Below are positions 55,230 through 64,000 of a stretch of DNA of 64,000 nt, piece after piece. Position 1 is the first letter of the stretch; every line of letters begins with the position of its first letter. Both the position numbers and the translations under genes were made by a program. The notes beneath the pieces are model-generated. The model saw nothing but the letters and a program-made list of their open reading frames with translations, searched no databases and was not told where the DNA came from. Source of the stretch: an uncultured Candidatus Rokubacteria bacterium (GTDB lineage: Bacteria; Methylomirabilota; Methylomirabilia; Rokubacteriales; CSP1-6); the NCBI GenBank assembly GCA_963771355.1, contig CAVYTA010000006.1:1376001-1440000 (forward strand). The letters are read 5' to 3'.

Positions 55230-56456
55230 ATGGAGTCCGGCATCCAGTGGGGCACGCCGCAGGGCCGTGCGATCCTCATGATCCCCGGCCCCACCGAGCT
55301 GCCCTGGTCGGTGGTCCAGGCGATGAATCAGCCGCCGACCATCCAGTACGACATGAACTTCGACGTGAACGTGCTCGAGCCCACCACCCTGGCCCTGCGC
55401 GACGTCTTCCAGACGCCCCGGGGCGAGGTCATCGTGATGCCGGGATCGGGCCGTACCGCGCTGGAGGCGGGCGCGATCTCCGTGATCGAGCCGGGTGACC
55501 GGGTGCTGGTGGTGGTGGCGGGCGTGTTCGGCGTGCTCATGCGCGAGATCATGGTGCGCGCGGGCGCGGAGGTCACCGAGTTCTCCGTGGAGTGGGGCCG
55601 GCCCCTCGACCTGGCGCAGCTCGAGCGCGAGATCGAACGCGTGCGGCCGAAGGCCGTCACCATGGTGCACAACGAGACCTCGACCGGCAGCACCTACCCT
55701 GCCGCCGAGGTGGGCCGGGTGGTCAAGCGCCACCGCGCGCTCTACCTCCTCGACACCGTGTCCTCGCTGGCCGGCATCGACGTGCGGACCGACGAGTGGG
55801 GCATCGACCTCAACATGACGGGATCGCAGAAATGCCTGGCCGCGCCGCTGGGGATGGCCCTGGCCTCCGTCGGCCCCGCCGCGTGGGACGCCATGGAGCG
55901 GCGCAAGCACAAGGCCAGCTCGCTCGTCTACGATCTGCTGCGCTGGAAGGAGAACTGGATCCCCACCTCTCGCGGAGGGCAGATCCCCGACGGCCAGGGC
56001 CGCCGCCAGCCGGTTTCCATCCCCACCCACCTCACCGCCGCCCTCGCGGAAGCTGCGCGGCTGATCCGGGAAGAGGGGCTCCCGAATCGCTTCCGCCGTC
56101 ACGCGGTGGCGGGCGCGGCGTTCCGGGCGGGTCTCGACGCCATGCGGCTCGAGATGTTCCCCGAGGCCGCCATCGCCTCGGATACCGTGTCCTGCTTCAA
56201 GACCCCGGCGGGGATCGATCCCGCCGCGGTGGTGAAGCACATGCGGGACCGCTACGGCATCCTCATCGGCACCGGGCTCGACAAGATCCGCACCACCACC
56301 CTCCGCGTCGGCCACATGGGGATCACCGCCAACCCGATGTACGTGCTGCCCACGCTGTCGGCGCTGGAGCTCACGCTGCGCGACCTGGGCCACCGCAGCG
56401 AGTCCGGGGCGGGCGTGGCCGCCGCCCAGGCCGTGTTCTCGGCGAAGACCGCGTGA
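55230..56456 (+). CDS. Class V aminotransferase (alanine/serine-glyoxylate type)
   Basis: LMIPGPT, GSGRTALEA, VHNETSTG, DTVSS, TGSQKCL (PLP Lys), RVGHMG. Confidence 0.92.
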   Translation: MESGIQWGTPQGRAILMIPGPTELPWSVVQAMNQPPTIQYDMNFDVNVLEPTTLALRDVFQTPRGEVIVMPGSGRTALEAGAISVIEPGDRVLVVVAGVFGVLMREIMVRAGAEVTEFSVEWGRPLDLAQLEREIERVRPKAVTMVHNETSTGSTYPAAEVGRVVKRHRALYLLDTVSSLAGIDVRTDEWGIDLNMTGSQKCLAAPLGMALASVGPAAWDAMERRKHKASSLVYDLLRWKENWIPTSRGGQIPDGQGRRQPVSIPTHLTAALAEAARLIREEGLPNRFRRHAVAGAAFRAGLDAMRLEMFPEAAIASDTVSCFKTPAGIDPAAVVKHMRDRYGILIGTGLDKIRTTTLRVGHMGITANPMYVLPTLSALELTLRDLGHRSESGAGVAAAQAVFSAKTA

Positions 56457-57415
56457 TCGTCGTCCCCGACGACTTCCCGTCGGTGTTCCAGGGCTCGGCC
56501 GCCCAGGAGCGCGCCAAGGCCCTGGGCGCGCTGCGCGTCTTCAGCGAGCGCGGGGCCGATCAGGAGCAGGAGCTGATCCGCCGCATCGGTGATGCCCGGG
56601 TCGCCATCAATATCCGGGCGCACGCTCGCTTCGGCGACGGCGTGTTCGTCGCTTGCCCCGCGCTCAAGATGGTCTCGGTGTGGGGCACCGGCACCGACAA
56701 CATCGACCTCCACGCCGCCGGCATGCGGGGCGTCACCGTCTGCAACACCCCCGGGGTCAACGCCTTCGCGGTGGCGGAGCACGCGCTCACGCTCATGCTC
56801 GCGGTGGCGCGGAAGATTCCCGCCATCGACCGGGAGATGCACGCGGGCAAGTGGCCGCGCGAGATGCTCACCCAGCTCCTGGGCAAGACCCTGGGCGTGT
56901 TCGGCATGGGCACCATCGGGAGCCGGGTGGCCGCGCTCGGACGCGCCATCGGGATGGACGTGCTCGCGTGGAGCGCGCGCGGCGACGAGGGCCGCATCCG
57001 CGCGGCGGGGGCGCGCGCGGCGACCAAGGAGGATCTCCTGCGCCAGGCCGACGTGGTGAGCCTGCACGTGCGGCTGGCCGAGGACACGCGCGGCTTCATC
57101 GGCCGGAAGGAGCTCGCGATGATGAAGCCCACCGCCATCCTCGTGAACACCGGCCGGGGGGCGCTGGTGGAGCGGGACGCGCTCATCGCCGCGCTCCGCG
57201 AGGGGAAGATCCTGGGCGCCGGGCTCGACGTCTTCCACCACGAGCCGCTGGCGCCGGACGACCCCATCCTGACATTGCCGAACATCATCTGCTCGCCGCA
57301 CAATGCCGGGCAGACCCCGGAGGTCGTGCGGGACGGCCTCCTGCGCGCCGTGGCCAACGTCGAGCACTTCCTGGCCGGCAACCCCACCGACGTCGTCGTC
57401 GCCCCCGTCCGATAA
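56453..57415 (+). CDS. D-2-hydroxyacid dehydrogenase (SerA/hydroxypyruvate reductase-like)
   Basis: GTGTDNID, AVAEH, GVFGMGTIG, VNTGRG, GLDVF..EP, SPHNA; GTGA-coupled to the aminotransferase. Confidence 0.92.
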   Translation: MIVVPDDFPSVFQGSAAQERAKALGALRVFSERGADQEQELIRRIGDARVAINIRAHARFGDGVFVACPALKMVSVWGTGTDNIDLHAAGMRGVTVCNTPGVNAFAVAEHALTLMLAVARKIPAIDREMHAGKWPREMLTQLLGKTLGVFGMGTIGSRVAALGRAIGMDVLAWSARGDEGRIRAAGARAATKEDLLRQADVVSLHVRLAEDTRGFIGRKELAMMKPTAILVNTGRGALVERDALIAALREGKILGAGLDVFHHEPLAPDDPILTLPNIICSPHNAGQTPEVVRDGLLRAVANVEHFLAGNPTDVVVAPVR

Positions 57416-57420
57416 ACCGC

Positions 57421-58179
57421 ATGGTCCTCAGGGAGGACCGCGGGTCCGTGGCCGTGCTCCGGATCCAGCACGGGCGGGCCAACGCGCTCGATCCGGAGCT
57501 CCTGGGCGCCATCGGGCAGGCGCTCACCGCCGCAGAGGACGCGGGGGCGATCGTCCTCACCGGCACCGGCCCGATGTTCTCCGCCGGCGTCGATCTGAAG
57601 CGCCTGGCCGCCGGCGGCTCCAGCTATCCCGCCGCGCTCCTCCCCGCACTCTCCGACTGCTTCGCCCGCCTCTTCTTCCATCCTCGCCCGGTGCTCGCCG
57701 CCGTCAACGGTCACGCCATCGCCGGCGGGTGCGTGCTGGCCTGCGCCGCCGACCGGCGGCTGGGCACGCGGGGCCCCGGCCGCATCGGGGTCACCGAGCT
57801 GCTGGTCGGAGTCCCCTTCCCCGCCATCGCGCTGGAGATCATGCGGTCGGTGACGACAGGCCCCGCCTTGGCGGAGATGCTCTACACGGGGCGGACCTGG
57901 GACATGGCGGACGCGGAGGCGCGCGGGCTGGTGGACGCCCTCGTGGATCCCGACGCCCTGATGGACACGGCCGTGAGGGAGGCGGCGGCGCTCGCTGCCC
58001 TGCCCGCGCAGAGCTTCACTCTTACCAAGGCGCAGGCGCGTCAGCCCATCCGCGATTTTCTGAGCCTCCACGCGGCGCGCCTCGACGGCGAGGTGGCGCG
58101 GATCTGGAGCGCCGCGCCCGCGCAGGACGCCATCCGGCGCTATGTGGACAAGACGCTCGGGGGGACCGCGCGCGACTAG
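57421..58179 (+). CDS. Enoyl-CoA hydratase/isomerase family protein
   Basis: ANALD, FSAGVDL, AAVNGHAIAGGCVLA, GVTELLVG. Confidence 0.9.
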   Translation: MVLREDRGSVAVLRIQHGRANALDPELLGAIGQALTAAEDAGAIVLTGTGPMFSAGVDLKRLAAGGSSYPAALLPALSDCFARLFFHPRPVLAAVNGHAIAGGCVLACAADRRLGTRGPGRIGVTELLVGVPFPAIALEIMRSVTTGPALAEMLYTGRTWDMADAEARGLVDALVDPDALMDTAVREAAALAALPAQSFTLTKAQARQPIRDFLSLHAARLDGEVARIWSAAPAQDAIRRYVDKTLGGTARD

Positions 58180-58182
58180 CGG

Positions 58183-58212
58183 TTGACAAGCCGGGCTCCC
58201 CCTTCCTATTCT
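58183..58212 (+). promoter_or_regulatory. Sigma70 promoter with a roughly 190-nt leader ahead of the transporter
   Basis: TTGACA-N18-TATTCT. Confidence 0.6.
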
Positions 58213-58405
58213 CAGCCGGACTCGCCCCAAACGTCCGACCCGCTCCCAGGGGAGGTCGTATGGTCCTCGCTCGGGCCTTCGCATTCGGTCCTTGCGTCCG
58301 CGCTGGCGCGGTCACGTGCCGGTGCCCGCGCCCTCCTCCGCCATCGGCCTGGCCGTCACCCTCACGCCTCGCAGCGCACCCGCGGGACTCAACGAGGAGG
58401 CCCGA

Positions 58406-59891
58406 ATGGCACGCGTGATGGACAATCCGGGCTCGATCGCGTCCGACGAGCGCACCATACACAAGGTCCCCGACCCATTTCCCCTGACCCTGGCGGGCAT
58501 GCTGGCCGCGCTCGGCCCGCAGGCCATCAACTTCGGCATCTCGATCGGCGGCGGCGAGGCCTATCTCCTCCCGAACGTGTCCGCGCGCGGGACGCTCGGG
58601 ATGCACTGGCTCATGGCCATCTCGGTGGTCCTCGAGACCGCGCTCGTCTACGAGTGCATCAAGTACAGCGTCTGCACCGGTCGCTCGTTCTTCGCCGCGA
58701 CCAACGAGCTCAAGCCGCTCGGCTTCTGGCCGTGGTTCTGGACCGTGGTGACCATCGCCACCTTCGCGTGGCCGGCGTGGATGGGCGGCGCCGTCATCGC
58801 CGCGCACCGCTTCACCGGCATCGGCAATCCGCCCGTCCTGGGCCTCCCGCCGCACTACATCTGGGCGGTGGTGGCCCTCCTCGCCGTGCTCGTCGTCTTC
58901 TATTTCTCCGATCGGACCTACAACTTCCTCTCGAAGTTCTTCACCTTCATCATGTTCGCGAACATCGTGCTGGTGCTGGCGGTGACCCTCATCGCGGCGA
59001 AGCCCCAGCACTACTGGCAGGTCCTGATGGGCTATCTCGGCATCACCTTCATGCTCGAAGGGTATCCCGCCGCCCTGCCCAAGACCGACGCCCTCGCCCT
59101 CTTCAATCAGCCCGGCGGGAGCCTCATGTGGGTGAGCTTCTGGGTCATCGCCGCGGGCTTCGGCATGGGCCGCTACGCGGGGCAGGTCACCGGGGTGCTT
59201 CGCCCGCCGGAGCGGATCACCGCCCACGAGCTGCGCTGGGACAGCTCGGATGCCGGAGGAGCGGCGGAAGATGGACCAGTGGGTGAAGATCGGCGGCTAC
59301 AGCCTCATCCTCTGGTGGGCGATCATCGGCGGCCTCATCATGACCTATCTCTACTCCGTATGCGGCCTCGCCTACCTCCACGAGGACTTCCTCAAGACGG
59401 GCAAGATCCCCACCGGCGTCGAGGTCCCGATCCAGATGGCCACCATCGCCCAGGGGGTGCTGGGACCGATGGCGGGCTGGCTCATGCTGGTCTTCATCAT
59501 GGTCACGCTTTACGACGCCCAGTTCCCGCTCTACGACACCTTCATCGGGCGCACCACCTGCGATGCCATCGCGGTCACCGGGCGGGCCCGCCGGCCGTAC
59601 CGCTTCTACTACTTCGTCGTGGTCACCGCCGCGGTCGCGGCGGGCTTCTACCTGATCACGGTGGCCCAGCCCTTCATCTTGTGGATCGGGGTGGCCATCT
59701 CGGCGCTGGTCTATCGCTCGATCGGAGCCTGGCAAATTCTATTGTTGAACAACCGGCGCCTTCCCGAGGGCTTCAAGGTGAGCCGGCTCAACACCGTGCT
59801 CCTGTGGATCACCATCGTCACCGGCTTCGGGGGGGTCGGGATCTGGGCGGTCACGGTGCTCCCCGGGGAGATCGCCAAGCGGTTCGGATGA
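58406..59891 (+). CDS. Nramp-like (APC superfamily) transporter; apparent 1-nt frameshift near 59252-59256
   Basis: LGP.AI..GISIGGGE..L.P, KY..CTG.SFF, many TMs; continues in ORF 59250..59891 (further TMs, LLLNNRRLP). Confidence 0.75.
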
Positions 59892-60085
59892 AGGCGTACC
59901 TCTGGCTCGTCATGATGCTGGTCTGGCTCGGCGCCCTCCTCGGGGGGCTCTGGTGGATCTGGCCGCACCTGGAGGCGATGCGGCCCACGCGCGACCTCTT
60001 CATCGGGCTCGCCTGGCTCATCGCGGGCGGAGCCGCCTGGCTCCTCGCCCTGAACCTCGGCGTCGCGCGTTACTGGCGGCGCTGA
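59888..60085 (+). CDS. Small two-TM membrane protein coupled to the transporter
   Basis: ATGA overlap; MKAYLWLVMMLVWLGALLGGLWWIW...LFIGLAWLIAGGAAWLLALNL. Confidence 0.65.
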   Translation: MKAYLWLVMMLVWLGALLGGLWWIWPHLEAMRPTRDLFIGLAWLIAGGAAWLLALNLGVARYWRR

Positions 60086-62952
60086 GGTCCGAGCAGCGCG
60101 TCGCGGAGGACCTCGGCGGGGTGGCGCGCCTGCCGCTCGGTGAGGTGCGCGATCTGCTGGCGGCAGGAGATGCCCGGCGCCACCACCACGGTGTCGGCGG
60201 CGGCCGCCTTGACCGCCGGGGCCAGGCGGCGATTGCCCAGGCTCACCGACAGATCGTAGTGCTCCTTCTCGAAGCCGAAGGCGCCCGCCATGCCGCAGCA
60301 ACCGGAGTCCACCTCCGACACCTCGTAGCCCGCCCAGGCCAGCGCGGCCACCGTGGGCGCCGTGCCCACCATGGCCTTCTGATGGCAGTGCCCGTGGAGG
60401 AGCGCCCGGCGCGGCGCGCCGCCGTTCCGCCACGGCAGCGTGAGCCCCCGCGCCCGCTCGCGGAGCAGGAATTCCTCGAGGAGATAGCTCGAGCGCGCCA
60501 CCGCGCGGGCGGCGTCGGTGCGGAGGAGGTCCACGTACTCGTCGCGGAGCGTGAGGAGGCACGAGGGCTCGAGCCCCACCACCGGAACCCCGCGTTCCAC
60601 CCACGGCGTCAGCCGGGTCACGTTCCACTCGGCGTGGTTACGCGCTTCGTCGAGCATGCCCTTGGAGATGAGGGGCCGCCCGCAACACTTCCGCCCTACC
60701 AGCTCCACCCGATAGCCCGCCGCCTCCAGCAGCTCCACCGCCGCCTGGGCGACCTCGGGCGTGTTGTAGGTATTGAAGGTGTCGTGGAAGAGAACCACGC
60801 TGCCGCGCGGGGCGACGGCGTTCGGCTTGCGCGCGTCGAACCAGTCCGTGAAGGACCGGCGCGCGAAGGCGGGCAGCGGCCGGCGGCGGTCCACCCCCAC
60901 CACCACGTCGAGCAGCCAGCGGTTGATCCGCCAGCCGCCGACCCAGTTGGAGAGGGGCGCCAGGCGCGAGCCCCACCAGGACAGATCGCCGATATGCGCG
61001 AAGAGGTCGTTGCGCATCGTGGTGGGGTGGACCTTGTAGTAGTGGTACAGGAACTCGTACTTCATCTTGGCCATGTCGACGTTGGACGGGCACTCCGCCT
61101 TGCAGCCCTTGCACTCGAGGCAGAGGTCCATGACCTCGTAGAGCCGGCGGCCGGTGAAGTCCGCCTCCGGAACCCGGCCGGAGAGCACCGCGCGGAGCGC
61201 GTTCGCGCGACCCCGGGTGGAATGCTCCTCGTCCCGCGTGGCCATATAGGACGGGCACATGGTGCCCTCGAGGTTCTTCCGGCACACGCCCACGCCATTG
61301 CACATCTCCACCGCGGCGGCGAAGCCGCCCTGCTCCCGGAAGTCGAGCAGAGTCTTGGGCTCCCAGGTCTTGTACTGGGCGCCATAGCGCATGTGCTCGG
61401 TGATGCCGGGGCTGGCCACGATATTCCCGGGATTGAGGAGGTTCTTGGGGTCGAAGGCGGCCTTGAGCTCCCGGAAGGCGCCGAACACCAGGGGCCCGAA
61501 CACGCGCTCGAGGTAGGGGCTCCGCGCCCGGCCGTCGCCGTGCTCGCTGGAGATGGCTCCCTCGAACTCGAGCACCATGTCGAAGATCTCCCCCGCCATC
61601 GCCTGGACCTGCTCGAGCCCGCGCTGGGTCTTGAGGTTGATCAGCGGGCGAATGTGCAGGCATCCCACCGAGCAGTGGCCGTAGTAGGCCCCCTCGGCGC
61701 CGTGCTTGGCCATGATGTCGCGAAAGCGCGGCACGAAGGCCGGCATGTGCTTGGGGTCCACCGCGGTGTCCTCGATGAACGCGATGGGCTTGGCGTCGCC
61801 GCGGGTGCCGAGGAGGAGGCCCAGCCCCGCCTTGCGGAGCTTCCAGATGGACTGCTGCTCGGCGGAGTCCAGGGCCACGTGGCCGGCGTAGCCGAAGCGC
61901 TCGCGCGCGCGGAGCGCCTCCAGCTTCTCCACCTTGTCCTTCGCCTCGGCCTCCGTGTCCCCCGTGTATTCCACGATGAGGATGGCGGCGGGATCGCCCT
62001 GCACGAAGGCCATGCGCTTGCTGTGCTCGATATTCGCCCGGGCGAGGTCGAGGATCATCTTGTCCGTCAGCTCGACGGCGTAGGGCCCGGTTTCCAGGAT
62101 GGCCTGCGAGGATTCCAGCGCCTCCTGGATGTCGCGATAGTGGATGACGTCCACCGAGGTGTGCTTCGGCCGTCGCACCAGCCGCACCTTGGCCTCGACG
62201 ATCGTGAACAGCGTCCCCTCCGAGCCCACCAGCAGCCGCGCCATGTTGAGCGCACCGTCCTTGATGAGCTCGTTGAGGTTGTAGCCGCAGACCCGGCGCC
62301 AGTGGCCGCGGAAGCGCCGCGCGATCTCCTCGCGGTACTGAACGCGGATCCGGGCGACCTCGGCATAGATCTGCCCCTCGAGGCCAGGGAGGCGCGTCTT
62401 GGCCGCGAACTCCGCCGGCGTCACCGTACCGAACGTGACGGGGCTGCCGTCGGCGAGAAAGCCCTTGAGCTCGATCACGTGCTCGACGGTGAGGCCGTAG
62501 GCGATGGAGTGACTGCCGCCGGAGTTGTTCCCGAGCATGCCGCCGAGGGTGGCCCGGTTCGAGGTCGAGGTGTCGGGACCGAAGAGGAGGCCCGGCCCGC
62601 GGACGTGGTGGTTCAGCTCGTCCTGGACCAGCCCCGGCTGCACCCGGGCCCAGAGCTCCTCCGTATTGACCTCCAGCACCCTGTTCATGTAGCGCGAGAA
62701 GTCGAGCACCACCGCGTGGTTCACCGTCTGGCCGGTGAGCGAAGTGCCGCCGCCGCGCGCGAGCAGCGGCGCGCTCAGCCGATTGGCCACCTCCAGCACC
62801 GCTTGCACGTCGTCGGCGTGACGCGGGATCACCACCCCGATGGGCTCCACCTGGTACATGGACGCGTCGGTGGAGTACAGCAGGCGCGAGTAGGGGTCGA
62901 AGCGGACATCGCCCTCGACGGCGCGGCGCAAGGCGTGCTCGAGTTCGCTCAT
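60070..62952 (-). CDS. FAD-linked oxidase / 4Fe-4S / CCG-domain protein (YdiJ, D-lactate or glycolate dehydrogenase-like)
   Basis: YSTDAS.Y, RGGGTSL.GQ, GSEGTL, GCLH.RP, SEHGDG, CNGVGVC, CLECKGCKAECP, CCG motifs. Confidence 0.92.
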   Translation of the reverse strand: MSELEHALRRAVEGDVRFDPYSRLLYSTDASMYQVEPIGVVIPRHADDVQAVLEVANRLSAPLLARGGGTSLTGQTVNHAVVLDFSRYMNRVLEVNTEELWARVQPGLVQDELNHHVRGPGLLFGPDTSTSNRATLGGMLGNNSGGSHSIAYGLTVEHVIELKGFLADGSPVTFGTVTPAEFAAKTRLPGLEGQIYAEVARIRVQYREEIARRFRGHWRRVCGYNLNELIKDGALNMARLLVGSEGTLFTIVEAKVRLVRRPKHTSVDVIHYRDIQEALESSQAILETGPYAVELTDKMILDLARANIEHSKRMAFVQGDPAAILIVEYTGDTEAEAKDKVEKLEALRARERFGYAGHVALDSAEQQSIWKLRKAGLGLLLGTRGDAKPIAFIEDTAVDPKHMPAFVPRFRDIMAKHGAEGAYYGHCSVGCLHIRPLINLKTQRGLEQVQAMAGEIFDMVLEFEGAISSEHGDGRARSPYLERVFGPLVFGAFRELKAAFDPKNLLNPGNIVASPGITEHMRYGAQYKTWEPKTLLDFREQGGFAAAVEMCNGVGVCRKNLEGTMCPSYMATRDEEHSTRGRANALRAVLSGRVPEADFTGRRLYEVMDLCLECKGCKAECPSNVDMAKMKYEFLYHYYKVHPTTMRNDLFAHIGDLSWWGSRLAPLSNWVGGWRINRWLLDVVVGVDRRRPLPAFARRSFTDWFDARKPNAVAPRGSVVLFHDTFNTYNTPEVAQAAVELLEAAGYRVELVGRKCCGRPLISKGMLDEARNHAEWNVTRLTPWVERGVPVVGLEPSCLLTLRDEYVDLLRTDAARAVARSSYLLEEFLLRERARGLTLPWRNGGAPRRALLHGHCHQKAMVGTAPTVAALAWAGYEVSEVDSGCCGMAGAFGFEKEHYDLSVSLGNRRLAPAVKAAAADTVVVAPGISCRQQIAHLTERQARHPAEVLRDALLGPQRRQ

Positions 62953-62976
62953 GCGCGGATTATACTGGATGACGTC

Positions 62977-63480
62977 ATGGCCCGATCACGCCTTCTCCGC
63001 CCCGGCGCCGCGCTCGCGCTCGTCCTGGTGCTCGCGGGGCCGGCGGCGGCCGCGCCCGACACGCCCGCGGCGCCGGCCTTCTCCGCCCGGCTCCTCGACG
63101 AGGGCCGGACGCTGGACTCCCGCGCGCTCATCGGCAAGAAGGTGGTGGTGCTCCGCTTCCAGGGCTCGTGGTGCAAGGTGTGCACCGCGCAGGCGGGGGC
63201 GATCCAGCGGCTCACCGAGAAGTACGGCCCGCGCGACGTCGAGGTGATCGGCGTCCACGTCAACGAGACCGCCGCCGACGCCCGCGCCTGGCGCAAGCGC
63301 TACAAGCAGACCTACGCGGCCGCCCTCGACCCCGGCGCGCGCATCGCCACCCGATTCGGCTTCAAGCGCGCCCCCTATACGGTGGTGATCGACAAGAAGG
63401 GCGAGATGGTCGCGCGCATCACCGGCTCCGCCGACGAGGCGCGCCTGGCCAAGATCATCGAGCCCCTGCTCGCCCCCTAG
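62977..63480 (+). CDS. Exported redoxin (TlpA/AhpC-TSA-like)
   Basis: Signal peptide, APAF, VVLRFQGSWCKVC, PYTVVIDKKG. Confidence 0.85.
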   Translation: MARSRLLRPGAALALVLVLAGPAAAAPDTPAAPAFSARLLDEGRTLDSRALIGKKVVVLRFQGSWCKVCTAQAGAIQRLTEKYGPRDVEVIGVHVNETAADARAWRKRYKQTYAAALDPGARIATRFGFKRAPYTVVIDKKGEMVARITGSADEARLAKIIEPLLAP

Positions 63481-64000
63481 GGCTTGAGCATCACCTTGAT
63501 GGCGCCCTCTTCCTTCTTGTCGAAGATGGCATAGCCCCGCGGCGCCTCGTCGAGGCCGATGGTGTGCGTGATGATGCGACGCGGGCTCAGCCGGCCCGCC
63601 TGGACCAGCCCCATCAGCGGCGTGATGTAGTTCCGCGCATTGCAGATGCCCATCCGGAGGGTGAGGTCCTTGAAGAACGCCTCGCGCACCGGGAAGCCGA
63701 TGGCGTCCTCCACGTAGACTCCCACCGAGGACACCGTGCCGCCCGGGCGCACCGCCATGATGGCCTGGGAGAACGGCACCTCGTGCCCCACGCACTCCAG
63801 CACGGCGTCGGGTCCGCGCCCGGCCGTCTGGGCCCGGAGCTGCTGGACCGGGTCGCCCGCGTCGAGGTTCACCGGGATGCCGCCCAGCTCCTCCACCAGC
63901 TTCAGGCGATAGTCCACGCGGTCCACCACGTAGACCCGACTGGGGCCGAAGAGATGCGCCGACTGCAGCGCGAAGAGCCCCACCGGGCCCGCGCCGAAGA
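63477..64000 (-). CDS. Zinc-dependent alcohol dehydrogenase (MDR), 5' part outside the window
   Basis: FGAGPVGL, GRGPDAVLECVG, VRPGGTVSSVGVY, ITH...L.EAP.GY..F, IKV. Confidence 0.88.
   Translation of the reverse strand, partial: FGAGPVGLFALQSAHLFGPSRVYVVDRVDYRLKLVEELGGIPVNLDAGDPVQQLRAQTAGRGPDAVLECVGHEVPFSQAIMAVRPGGTVSSVGVYVEDAIGFPVREAFFKDLTLRMGICNARNYITPLMGLVQAGRLSPRRIITHTIGLDEAPRGYAIFDKKEEGAIKVMLKP

Noticed and set aside
58292..60085. 597-aa fusion of the transporter with the small membrane protein as given in the ORF track
   Set aside because: The middle part is non-membrane, out-of-frame sequence produced by the frameshift near 59254; the true C-terminal half is in the 59250..59891 frame

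Overview
High-GC (by eye about 70% or more), gene-dense bacterial window with about 60 CDSs. The gene repertoire (expanded Tat-exported peptide ABC binding proteins, Pup, UGSC selenoprotein) suggests Candidatus Rokubacteria/Methylomirabilota; this is an inference. No rRNA, tRNA, transposase, phage or cas genes were seen. Most content is housekeeping or catabolic: a 2-oxoacid dehydrogenase E1a/E1b/E2 operon, dcd, thrB, ccdA/tlpA, a four-carbon acid-sugar kinase with pdxA, three tandem peptide-binding proteins with permeases and an amidase, mscS, dps, ndh, glucan phosphorylase, acyl-CoA genes, uxaA-like dehydratase and citrate synthase. The main signals the ORF track misses are: (1) two probable selenoproteins whose in-frame UGA falls exactly at a redox UxxC site and is followed by a SECIS-like hairpin, namely a UGSC-family protein coupled to a conserved uncharacterised partner (a candidate two-subunit selenoenzyme) and a DsbA-like lipoprotein; (2) protein-tagging and proteolysis parts: an orphan Pup ending in GGE, a ClpS whose N-degron pocket motif reads NCEC, and a CP-ATP-grasp/alpha-E/transglutaminase triad with a hidden poly-Gln tail; (3) regulatory DNA: a sigma54 promoter driving a tiny membrane protein, a possible structured RNA, 10-bp-phased TCAAT repeats beside a BldC/Xis-like HTH gene, leaderless and bidirectional promoters, and probable CTG starts; (4) three single-base frameshifts that look like assembly errors.
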